NCBI GenBank assembly: GCA_964035545.1
Contig: CAXIUT010000172.1
Location: 1-14,582, forward strand
DNA length: 14,582 nt
DNA from: Bugula neritina
Taxonomy: Eukaryota > Animalia > Bryozoa
Direction of reading: 5' to 3'
Shown here in pieces: positions 1 through 10,500 of the stretch (positions are counted from its first letter, which is position 1; every line of letters begins with the position of its first letter). The notes beneath the pieces were generated by a model. It worked only from the letters and a program-made list of their open reading frames with translations. It searched no databases and was not told where the DNA came from. The position numbers were made by a program, and so were the translations under genes.

Positions 1-75
1 CCCAACCCCAACCCCAACCCCAACCCCAACCCCAACCCCAACCCCAACCCCAACCCCAACCCCAACCCCAACCCC
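1..75 (+). repeat. Left telomere, (CCCCAA)n
   Basis: Perfect tandem CCCCAA repeats from base 1 to 75, the Tetrahymena-type telomeric repeat. Confidence 0.98.
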
Positions 76-352
76 TTTTTTTGTAAAGTTCTAGTTCATA
101 TTTGATTGTAAAAAAATAATAAAAAATTAATCAGTTCTTTAAAGCTAGGATCTATAACAACCTTCTTCATTTCTTTATAGAATGATTGATTTGCTAAATA
201 TTTTTTTATTTTTATATTAAAAACATAGAAGTAGATTAAGGTTGATTTGATTGAGAATGATGGAATAAGCTGCTGTTATTTATATTAATGATAGATTTCT
301 AAAGGTATATTAGATAAGATGAAATGGAAAACTAACTCAAAACAAAAAAAGA

Positions 353-741
353 TCATTCTTCAATGAGATGATTAATCCATTTAACGTTGATCGGTTTATT
401 CACTTCCCAGATATTGTTATTTTATTCCCATGGATCATCATTTATCTCCAATAGAACAACATTTGGAAACAATTCATTAAATTCCATTTGTGGAATTGAC
501 CCCCAGTATGCACTATCTTGTCTCGCCTGTGCCAACTACAACTCCTTTTGATATACTAAACTCATATAAGCGTTATGTTCTTTTGTCTGAATATGACAAC
601 GATTGCCTAAATACTACATCAAGTACAAATCAAACGGAATGAGTAGTTGTGGTTTTGACAAAGTAAACAAATCCAGTCGTCGTATTTGTTTGGCTTACCA
701 GATGGAGAACCTCGAGGACTGATAGTACTCTTCTACGACAT
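353..741 (-). CDS. RanBP2-type zinc finger protein (122 aa)
   Basis: MSEKSTISPRGSPSGKPNKYDDWICLLCQNHNYSFRLICNRC matches W-x-C-x2-C-x3-N-x6-C-x2-C. A 20-nt intron at 607-626 must be removed to complete the finger. Ends in TGA at 353-355. Confidence 0.85.
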
Positions 742-1011
742 CAAAAATAAAATTATTATGTAGAATAAACCTTTATATCGAATACACCATCAAAACAGCT
801 GAACTTTTATTCTAATACTTTATAGCACAAACAACAACCAATATACAACTAAAAAACTCATAAGATGGCCATTATCTATAAAAAACACCAATTTTTATAA
901 GTTCAATATTTAGTCTCGAATAAATGCCGATTAAGCAATTTATGAATTCTTTTTGATTTGATTTGATTTGATATGAAGATATCTAATAATAAAGTGTATG
1001 AAATGAGTTGA

Positions 1012-1483
1012 TCATTTTTTAGCATGTCCCAAAGCAGTTCTACTTTTATCGTATACATGTTGTGATTTAGTCCATTTTTATCGATATTCATCAAGAGCAT
1101 CTTGATCTTTATCAAAGTTAGATTTCTTTGTTATGAAAGGATTCAAAACCGATAACCTCTTTTGCTCTTACCCTTTCAGATAATTATCTCTGAGTGGAAT
1201 CAAAAGTACTTATACTATGTCTTGAATGTGTTGTTTGGATTATAGCTTTGGAAGTTAAGCCAGTTACTGGTTGACTGCTGAAAATTATCCTTATTTATTC
1301 ATGAAGTACTTCGGTAAGAGTTGGCTTTTGTGTCTAATTCTGATCTTTTCGTTCTTTGTAGAAGTGGAAGTTATCAGTTCTTTGAGGATCACAGCGCTAC
1401 TCATACCAATTTCCAACTAGTGTTTTTGCCTTGAATTGACTCGGATAGTCTGAAGTTTGTTTAACAATAAAGTCCCTGTACAT
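1012..1483 (-). CDS. GNWxEER-motif ciliary microtubule inner protein-like (CFAP68/95/107-type) (143 aa)
   Basis: MYRDFIVKQTSDYPSQFKAKTLVGNWYEER...LDEYREKWTK. The TLVGNWxEER motif is typical of axonemal MIPs. 20-nt introns at 1290-1309 and 1190-1209 restore the frame to TGA at 1012-1014. Confidence 0.7.
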
Positions 1484-1692
1484 TGCTAAGTTACAATTAT
1501 AAATATATAATTTATAGAAAAACTAAATCATATGAACAAATGCTACACGTTGGCTAGTTTTTGAGTAAAATAGTTATTTTAGTGAATGATTTAAGTTTAT
1601 TGTGTTTGAGATGGTATAATAAATAAGTTGGTTAATCAATAGGGAGGCAATAATTAAAATTGAATGTAGCAAAAAATATCAATAAATTACCT

Positions 1693-2365
1693 TCAGACCA
1701 ACTACTATTCCATGTTGGTACTGATGTTACTACTTTTTGAACAAGTAGCTAACCTTTTAACTTCTTCTTCAACTCTTATCTTCTTCTTCCCCTGCCTCTT
1801 TCTCCTATATTCAGCCTTTGTTTTCTATGTCTTCTTAGCTATTTGCCTTCTTCTTTGAGGTCGCTTTTGGAAAAGGTGAGTGAGCTCTTGAATATACTGA
1901 TTGGCGGAGTTATTGGTCTGGAGGTGTCTGTGGGAGGTGAGGCGGATGTGTTGTTGGTAGTCGATGTAATGGGTTTTGCAGAGTTGGCAGTAGTTGCTGG
2001 GAGGTCCTGCTTTCTTGTTGTTTTGTCCAGCTGTCAAGCCTACTTCTATAATGGATTTTTCTTGAGCATTTTGAATCTTCTAGTCGAAGCGAATCCTCTC
2101 AAAGCTAGTGTTTTCTTTACAGAATCTCTGAGTGGAACAAAGTATACCTCATCACAGGGTAGGAGGAAAGCAGGAGTGAAGTGAAGTTTGTCTGCATTGA
2201 AGTGAGGAACAATGCTTCCTGTGGCTGAAGGGCTTCTACATTGACTCACAAGTACTTGCTGGGGAGTTAGAAGGTCACAGTTAAGGCCAGTTCTGGACAA
2301 TGAGTAGAGACTTTGTTAAGTACCAATTGGTGGGGGTTAGTGTTAACAGTTTGATTCTTTAGCAT
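1693..2365 (-). CDS. Dbf4-type zinc finger (zf-DBF) protein (210 aa)
   Basis: NYCQLCKTHYIDYQQHIRLTSHRHLQTNNSANQYIQEL matches the Dbf4 motif C CCHH finger, followed by a basic NLS-like tail. 20-nt introns at 2236-2255 and 2128-2147 join the two ORF-track fragments. TGA at 1693-1695. Confidence 0.75.
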
Positions 2366-2956
2366 TGGAATTATAAATTTAGCAATCCCCTTCCATATTT
2401 TTAAATTTATTTACCTCTATCTTCTCCTCTCTTCCAGCTCTTCTTCTCCCTTTTTTCCTTCTTCTTCACCCCATTAGACAGATTTCTCCGATCTAGGATA
2501 ACTAGCTTTTAAAAATCATTCAAAATGGCGCTTAAAAACAATGATTTAACCCAATATCTCAAAAACAATAAATATCTATTCAATTAACTTTCGAATGATT
2601 GAAAAATGGATACATCTTTGATAAATTTTACTTTTTTTGACAATATAAAAAGCGGACATTTCGCACATACTGGAAAGATTCAGTTAAAATAGTGATAGAA
2701 TATTAATGTAGCATACCATTACTATCAAATCAAACAACTAATATTCATTTAATACTGATTGGAATTTCAACTCGTATGACTTTGAAAACATTTATCAGCT
2801 GAGTCTTTAATTTTTAGATATGCCTATCTATTGGTTTCGAATAGGTCTTTCGAATATTTGTCTTGTTTTGTGGATAAGGAGAGCTGTGTTTGAGGTGTTG
2901 CAATGATGATTTGGTTGGGAATAGATTAAATAATAATTAATCATTGATAATATTTT

Positions 2957-3416
2957 ATGGTGAAATCTACTCCCCTTTTGAAGAAGAGAATCGTTAAGAA
3001 GAGAACTCTTAAATTTACTCGTTTCCAATCTGACCTTTACGGAGGAAGACTTGCTGCTAGCTGGCGCAGACCTAGAGGTACTTTATAGAGGATGTAGGTA
3101 TTGACAACAGGATGAGAAGAAGATTTAGAGGCAACAAAAAGATGCCTAAGATCGGTTACGGATCAGACAAAACAACCAGATACTATTTACCCAATGGATT
3201 GAAGAAATTTGTTGTCCATAACATCAAGGATCTTGATGTTCTTCTCATGAATAATCGTAAATTCTGTGCAGAAATCGCAAGTAACGTAAGTTCAAGAGTA
3301 CTTTTGACATTATTTAGAAAAGAGCTGAAATCGTTAAAAGAGCTCAACAAATCCGAGTCAAGATCACCAACGCTCGTGGAAAAGTAAGAACCGAATAAAA
3401 GAAACAAGAAGCCTGA
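2957..3416 (+). CDS. RPL32: 60S ribosomal protein L32 (eL32) (139 aa)
   Basis: [15 protein letters not shown]...[18 protein letters not shown]...MPKIGYGS...[20 protein letters not shown]...VRTEE. 20-nt introns at 3078-3097 and 3298-3317. One in-frame TAA (3396-3398) at a conserved Glu. Confidence 0.97.
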
Positions 3417-3559
3417 TGTCAATCTATTTAAATCCCTATCTTCATCTATCAACACTTAACTCACTCTATAATCCCATCAAAAGATCTCACTGATTGCTAT
3501 AGATATGAGTTATATCTATGCTGATTTATTCCATTTGTAATATAATTGATAAGGTGATA

Positions 3560-3826
3560 ATGTCTAAAGCTGATGGATTGCTTATCGGAACAATAGTGTT
3601 TGTAGTGCTGGGTATCATTGCAGCTGTCGTCTTCTACATCTACATCGGAATGAAGAGTCCAACTCAGGCTGTATCGGCAAATCGCAAGTACATTTTAATT
3701 AATACTAGAGTGGGTATGGTATCTGTTTTGATTGGAACTATCAGTATGTGGATTATGTGGGCCTGCACCTATATGCATCAAATGAATCCGATTATTCAAC
3801 CCATCCTGGAAGCCAAAACTAGCTGA
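3560..3826 (+). CDS. V-type ATPase V0 subunit e (Vma9/ATP6V0E-like) (81 aa if intron spliced)
   Basis: Two hydrophobic helices and the C-terminal MWIMWACTYMHQMNPIIQP signature. Probable in-frame 21-nt intron at 3688-3708. Start at 3560 is preferred over the ORF-track start at 3518. Confidence 0.9.
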   Translation: MSKADGLLIGTIVFVVLGIIAAVVFYIYIGMKSPTQAVSANRKYILINTRVGMVSVLIGTISMWIMWACTYMHQMNPIIQPILEAKTS

Positions 3827-3928
3827 TTGCTATCCATAAATATTGTCATAGATTATTGATTAATTAGTACTGCTAAGAATAGATTCAAGAGGATAAAGAC
3901 AACTAATTAAATAATACAAAGAATGAAA

Positions 3929-4780
3929 TCAGAACATTCTAGTTTTTGATTTTTCTGGTTGATAGGCAGGTCCTACACTTTGTTCCACTGCTTCTTTAAG
4001 TTCCATTATTTATCTTAAAAATTCAGTCCTGATTTATTGTCCTGAAGGCAGATAGGTCAACTTTTATTCATCTATCTTTTATTGCATGAACAAATTCAAC
4101 ACTAAATGCTTATATATTTATGTCTCTTCATGCATTGATGGTTTGGGTAGAGTTCCTCTGGTTTTAACAAGCAAATCTTTCCACCATCCCATTTCCTACA
4201 ATCCTGTATCATTCACTCCCGTTGCTCTTTTGAATGCCTATACTGCTCTATGTCTGGTCTCGTTATGTTTCTTTTATATCATTATATAAATATCTTTGAA
4301 TTCCTAGTCAATTTGCTTGAGAATGGCTTTATATTAGTCATCTAAAGTCCTCTTATTCTTTTTCATTTAGATATCAACATGTCTAATTCTTTATAGTTCT
4401 TAATCTAATATTCTAAGGTTATCTTAGTTGTCTCTTGATATATTTCCTATTGAATTTTTACTAGGAACCACTCTATGATCTTTATGAACTGCACTTCCAT
4501 AGATACAATTTACACATAGAAGTTTAAACTAGTTTTAGCAATAGAGAGTGATAAAGTTGTTATGGACTAGACATTTTTGAGGAAGTTAGTTTTAATAGCT
4601 AACTCGATATAGATCCAGACAGGTACAGAAGTTTTATTTTCTGCTTTGAAGACTTTATATATATTCTGCATGATCTTATTGTAGAAGGACAGATGCTTTA
4701 GTTGGTGAGCCTTGGTCTCGCATGCTATTATAGGAATTAGGAGAGTAAGGTAGAGGACGTCTTTCTTTACGATTCGACAT
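3929..4780 (-). CDS. B-box zinc finger plus coiled-coil protein (283 aa)
   Basis: Uninterrupted frame under UAR=Glu. CLVHNNFITLYCENEFKLLCVNCIYGSAVHKDHRVVP is a type 2 B-box, followed by a helical coiled-coil-like region. No intron needed. Confidence 0.85.
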
Positions 4781-4857
4781 AGTTTATCAATATAATTATT
4801 TTAAAATCAAGATATCATTTCAAATCTAATAGTAAATGAAAGCATATGGAATGAATA

Positions 4858-5867
4858 TCATTATTTCTTTTTATTCTTAAATCCTGATCTAAATATAAGA
4901 TCCCAGAAAGGTGAACTAACTCCATATCCAGCCAACTCGTCTCCGAAATGATGTCTGTTGTGATACTTTTGCATCCGATGAAACCAACTTCCCTTATACT
5001 TCACTGTATCTATATGATGTAAAGCATAGTGAGAAATATCATATATCACATACTATAACAAAAATGATGACCAGAATATTGCATAAAGAAGAGGATCTTC
5101 AAGCTTAATTATTCGTTCAAGTAAAGATAACACTAAAAAATAGATTGCCAAAAATAGAGGAACAGGTAAAACTAAACGGTCGCTAAATAGATAAATAAGT
5201 ACGGGTCATTAGGCAGCATATGATGGATTCCATGGGTGAAAAAATGGATGTATCTTGCGATATTACTATTGGGAATTAGACCTTATGAATGGAATAAAAA
5301 TCTGTGAAGACAATATTCGACGAGACTGAATGTTAGCATGCCAAGAGCGATTGTTAGAATGATTTCGAGAGCGTTAAGAGTGTCCCAGGCTGAGACACAG
5401 TAGAAGTAGTATGCGATGAAGAGAGAAGGGGCGAAGGGTACGACGTACCATTTGTTATGAGTGAGGACTTCGATGAATTAGTTTGCAAAGAGTCGAGGAG
5501 ATTCTACGAAGAGCCAGTGAGGAGAATGTATGAGTTTCATGTAGGTTTAGTGGTCTGCGTTGTAGATTTGTGTGTTGAGAGGTTTATTGGGGTCAATATA
5601 CTGTTCTATTTATTTTTTGAAGGAGCCAATGGCCATGGTGGTGGCCATTCCCAAGGTGAGAGGGTGATGGAACTTCATTTCTTCTTCTATGTGTTTCATA
5701 TTTTGATTTTTGAGGAGGAGTCCTCCTCCTGGGTGATGAGGTTTGAAGGTGGTGACATCTAGGATGTAGTCGTTGTAGAGGAGAAGAGTTTTTTAATTTT
5801 ACTAGGCATATGTTCTAACTTGTTCTAGATTTTAAAATTTGAGATTGTTGTTGTGAGTCGTACTCAT
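4858..5867 (-). CDS. FA2H: Fatty acid 2-hydroxylase with N-terminal cytochrome b5 domain (FA2H/Scs7-like) (329 aa)
   Basis: b5 motif DVTTFKPHHPGG, then His boxes EYCLHRFLFH, HFFTHGIHH, YDISHYALHH and KYHNRHHF, plus GYGVSSPFWD. 20-nt intron at 5183-5202. Ends TAA(E) then TGA. Confidence 0.93.
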
Positions 5868-5979
5868 AATAAGATCAGCAATTACAACTTAATATTGGAA
5901 TTCAAACTATTATTCCAATAAAATCAATAAATCTATTAATAAAATAATAAAACTAATTATTCTAAACGATTTTATCCCA

Positions 5980-7082
5980 TCAAATACCATCAAAGAAAGG
6001 ATGTTCCATTGCCTGCTTAGCTGTAAACCTTTTCTTCTGCATCTATCATATCTTACGTAGTCCAACTTGAGCAAGTGCTTTATCAAATCTAAAGCCTACC
6101 AGGTAGCATTGCATTCATTGCCTTTGTTTACAAATTACTCATAGTTAGAAGGCTATTCAGCTTTGATGTCCCCATTGTCAAAGGCTACGATGATATCGAA
6201 ACAGATATTTTATTTTTTGTGTCCTCGTCGTTCAGTTAGTTTGTAATCTTTTATATAGTTTACAACCTATTTTGCTCCAAGGATCTTTGTTAGCTTTAAG
6301 ATTTGGTCTATTTGATCGTTGCCCATCAAAAAAGGAGTCTTTTTGAATATCTAAATCCAAACATATCTACCATTCCAGCCATTATCATTCCTGCAGCCCA
6401 ACAATCAACTCGGTAATCATACTGAGTATTAGAAAAATAAAGTTCTGGTGCTTTGTAGTAGGTAGATGCGACTTTAGTGTTGTTTTACTTGGAAGGGAAG
6501 TAGTACTAGCTGAGTCCCAAGTCTATTATTTTCAGTTGTTTTAGGTTATGGTTGATAAGAACGTTAAAAGGTTTGATGTCTCTATGCATGATTCCTTTGG
6601 AGTGGATGTAGTCAAGTCCCTATCTATTTTACTGAGTACTTAAAAGAGTTGTTTCATGTATATTTTGATATCTCTGAGGGAAAGAGTTGGATATAGTTAT
6701 CTGAAATCTTGATGCTAGAAATGTTAGGTAATCAGACTGGCTGTTTTTAAGTGAGGGCATTTGACTATATCAACCAGTTTTATGATGTTAGGGTGGGAAA
6801 GAGTTCTTAGTAGGTGGTACTATCTTTTTATTTTAGTTGGTTTTATAGGTAGGAGAACTTTGACTGCAACTTTTTCTTTAGTATTTTGGTTGCGTCCTTC
6901 GAAGACATGGGCGTAGCGGCCTCTTCCAATTTTATGAGAAATGGTGTACTGGTCAAGTTATCTTGATTAGAAGGTTAGTACCCCCAGGGAATATCGATGG
7001 TGTCGTAGAGGATGGGTTTTAGATCCTATCTTTTGAGGTTTATAGAAGAATAAGGATGAACAGATGTTTATTTTTTCTCCAT
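5980..7082 (-). CDS. Casein kinase II alpha-like Ser/Thr kinase, divergent (340 aa)
   Basis: [67 protein letters not shown]...[13 protein letters not shown]. Four 20-nt introns at 6962-6981, 6620-6639, 6351-6370 and 6037-6056. Confidence 0.92.
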
Positions 7083-7427
7083 TCAAATATTTAAATTACT
7101 AATTATCTATTTATAGCCACTATCCAACATTAAATCAATAAAAAATAAATAGATATCCTTTGATTGGTTATTTAAATATTAAGTTATGGTTAGATTGGTC
7201 TTTATGATATAATTTTAGTTTAGATAATAAAAAAGTCATTGTTTGTCAAGAAGATAAAGACTTTTGAATGATTTATTTGTTATTATAAGTTATTTTTATC
7301 AGAGCAGTAGGGCATTACTTTTATGATAAAAGAGTTAACTTGAATATATAATTTATCGAATAGTAAATGGATAATAATATCTTTTTCAATAATAATAAAC
7401 AGATAATCATATAAAATCGACTGTAAA

Positions 7428-8117
7428 TCATTTATTTATTGATTTATTGTTAATTTTAATGAAGTTGTTAATGTTGATTTTACCAAATGCTTCATTTATT
7501 TTTAGTTTATAACTTTTATTTTTTATCTTCTACCTTCTTGATCCTTATTTTCTTAACGATATTGTTGTCTTCTTTGCAATAAAGTTTCTTTATTACAGTT
7601 ATAATAAACTAAAATCTTCTTCATCTTTGTTCTTTTCATAATATTAAATCTTCTTTGATTAATTTGTTTTTAGCCAAAAGTTTTATTTCCCTTTGCAAGG
7701 CTACAAATCTGGTAGTACTGAACTATTCTCTTTTCCTCTTTGATTTTTATTTAAAAGATTAATAGAAAAAGGTGAACGAGGACTTATTTTACTTGTAAAT
7801 CTTGCTAGACTTCTAGACTATCCTAATGAAGGATATCTATTATTGTTTGACTGACAGTTCAAGTAATTTTACTTTTAATCTATGTTTACTGAATTAATTT
7901 ATGTTTTTTTATCAGTTGATTGAGTTCTAATATGACTTAAGGCAGTCCTAGTAGTTTTCCTATTGAGTAGGGAGTTATAAAGAAAGGATGATTATGTGTT
8001 TTTGTTGTATTTGGACTGTAATTTATTAGTTAGTACTTTTATACTATTCATTTTGGAGAAAGTTTTGAACATATTTTATTTTTGAATTCTTCTATAAAGT
8101 TGATTTTGTTCTAACAT
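7428..8117 (-). CDS. Hypothetical K/N/S-rich protein (~229 aa)
   Basis: 690-nt ATG-to-TGA frame under UAR=Glu that fills the gap between genes (MLEQNQLYRRIQKENMFKTFSKM...). No recognisable domain. Possible in-frame 21-nt intron at 8016-8036. Confidence 0.6.
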
Positions 8118-8272
8118 TCTATGAGTTAAAATATTATAAGATAATAGATATTGAAATTATGTTTAATTTAATGTATAGATTTAAAGTTGAATAAAAGCCA
8201 AATAGAGTGGAAGAAGATAAAAAACAATGAAAATAATATTGATATTGAATGATTGATAATTGATATGGTTAA

Positions 8273-9253
8273 TCAATGCAGGGTATTTGGGTTGATATGT
8301 TTGCGAACAAAAACAAGATCTTAAAGTCCCCCATGTTATTTAGTCCATTGTGCTAGCTTTATGACTTCCTGGATAGTTAACTACTGAAAAGTTTAATCGT
8401 CGCAATTTTAAGGTCGAGATCCTATTTTATAGAAAAGAAAATCTTGAGAACGAAGATAATTAAGGAGAGCTAAAGATTTTTAATCATAATTTTTATGGTC
8501 TTTTCCGATAGAGAATCCAGACCACTCGACAACAATGATAATATCAGGAGATCTTTATATAGTTTTTTTCATTCCTTCTAGACACTCTATCTCAAGTCTT
8601 TCGACATCAATTAAGGCAAAATTGACTTTTACATCAGCAGGTAGGACATTATCAACTAAATTGATCATAACTTTTTATTTATAGTCAGGATAATCCAAAC
8701 CATGATCAATAATATCCTCAGATGTATAAATCTGACTTGCAGCTGTATTGTCGTAATTAACTCTGATATGTCCTTAAGCTTAGAAGTTACTAGCTGCTAC
8801 TTTGTAAATAGTTGTTTGGTTTTGTAATCCATTAAGATAAATATTTTTGTAAAGCAAGTCTCTAGTTAAACTCATAGGTTAAAATAAATATAGTTTACCT
8901 TTTGGACCTGATGCTTTCGCATAGACTATTGCTTATAGTCCAATATGTGCTCCAATATTTAAAATTGTATCTCCTTCCTTGACAAAACGGCCAAAAGTTC
9001 TCATGTTATTTGGTTCCCAAGTTCCCTGGGTTCTTATTACTTTTGATATTGCTTCATCAACTGGATCCAATAGCACATTGATCCCATCATAAATTGTGCT
9101 GACAAGTAATTCTCTATCCGATATCATGAAGTTCAATTTACTTTTGAAGTTTTTAACATCATAGCTACATAATATATTAGCTGCTGATAAGTAGTATAGT
9201 TGTAAGAGGAAGATAACGATCAGTAAGGGACAGTTATACCTTGTTTGAATCAT
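8273..9253 (-). CDS. FkbM-family SAM-dependent methyltransferase with N-terminal signal/anchor (326 aa)
   Basis: GTWEP, VKEGDTILNIGAHIGL (motif I), GPKGKLYLFEP (E encoded by TAA), NFALIDVERLEIECLEGM, IIVVEW. Hydrophobic N-terminus. Intronless. Confidence 0.88.
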
Positions 9254-9454
9254 ACAATCACTAATAACTAATTACAGATTTTAAATTTATTCAATATTTA
9301 AATTTATATTCATATAAGTGACTTTTTCACTACTTTTAAAAATATATATCATCAAAAAGAGATAAACTATTTATAAACAATAAGATAAACTATAAATTCA
9401 AATATATATAAACTTTTGATTAAGATAAATAGCTATTTATAAATTATTAGAGAA

Positions 9455-10462
9455 ATGCAGGTTAAACTAGAATTCTAAAAATAAATACATTTAACTAATC
9501 TAGTAGGAATCAATACAGTATAAGAACTTATTCAAAGAGCTAAACTACTCTTTACTCGTCTTCCTTCTTTCTTCTAATTCAAAATTAAAAAACAAGATGG
9601 ATAAGTTCTTGATGCAGTTGCCTTGAACTTACTTCAAAGTGAAGCAAAGAAAGTAAAATTATTTATCAGTCCTGTTAAATAAGTTTCTCATGATTTGATG
9701 GAAATTTAAAGTGAAGATTCATATATCAAGTTATGTGACCAAAGTGAAGTTTAGGAGCTAAATAGTGAATAGACTTCAATAAAATAATAAAGAAGACATT
9801 TAGGGAGATAATCAATGTTTCTTAAGTCAGTTTAGATTGACGAAGGATGCTAATACAATATCGAAGAGTTCATCAGATAAAATCAAGATTTCATTAAAAA
9901 AGATGATAAAAATAGGGTTATTTATGAACATAAGGAAAATAACAAATAATAAAATATTAAAAAAGAGTCTATGTTAAAAGAAAAACCTGTAAAAACATAA
10001 ATCTACTATAAAAGATCTATGTAAAAATAATAAATTCTTTAAAAAAATGAAAAAAAGTTAGTTTAAGAAAAGATAGCTGAATAAAAATAGTAATAAGAAA
10101 TAATATTCAATAATGTTCAATGTGATATCTGTTCAGCTTTCCCTATTCGTGGTCCTGTCTTTAAATGTTTGGTTTGCTAGAATTATGATCTTTGCCAATA
10201 ATGCTAAAAGATATATCATCATTTTCATCCTACTTTAAAAATGACCAGACTCTAGCACTATCCAACTGAAATAAGAGTTTGTTTTACTAAATAGGCTTCA
10301 AAATACATGAAAAAGCATCTAAAATAAGAATAGGGAAGATTGAGATAATAAAGAAGATAAAAGCTAATGGGCAAGAAGGCATAGATAAATGAAGTAGATC
10401 CTAAGACTTTAAAGAGTAGATAAGTTCGTGGAAATAATTTTTTGAAGGCTCTTTTCGGATGA
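9455..10462 (+). CDS. PB1-like plus ZZ zinc finger protein (p62/NBR1-like architecture) (335 aa)
   Basis: ZZ finger VQCDICSAFPIRGPVFKCLVCENYDLCQECEKIYHHFHP at ~10115-10230. N-terminal MQVKLEFEKEIH...KVKLFI resembles a PB1 domain. Missed by the ORF track because it is rich in TAA/TAG. Confidence 0.85.
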
Positions 10463-10500
10463 CAGAAGTGATTTTATGAATTATAATTATAATAATTAAT

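Noticed and set aside
903-1115. ORF-track 70-aa ORF on the minus strand
   Set aside because: Wrong frame. It overlaps the 3' end of the GNWxEER gene, which ends at 1012.
1843-2184. ORF-track 113-aa plus-strand ORF, and likewise 2828-3028, 3183-3455, 4086-4289, 5457-5762, 11724-11930, 12345-12563 and 14095-14280
   Set aside because: Antisense shadows of well-supported genes on the opposite strand, with no recognisable motifs.
2516-2791. ~90-codon minus-strand ORF in the long intergenic region
   Set aside because: No motifs or introns, and ORFs of this size arise readily when only TGA is a stop.
3490-3833. 11-bp direct repeat ctgattgctat flanking the V-ATPase e gene
   Set aside because: Could mimic a target-site duplication, but it encloses a housekeeping gene, overlaps its stop codon, and there are no transposon features.
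5712-5730. Palindrome gaggaggagtcctcctc
   Set aside because: By-product of the GGA x3 and CTC x3 codons encoding GGG-LLL in the b5 domain.
6485-8881. Standard ciliate code (UAR=Gln) or split code (UAA=Lys, UAG=Glu)
   Set aside because: TAA occupies conserved Glu sites (FkbM FEP, kinase hinge) and TAG occupies the invariant alpha-C Glu.
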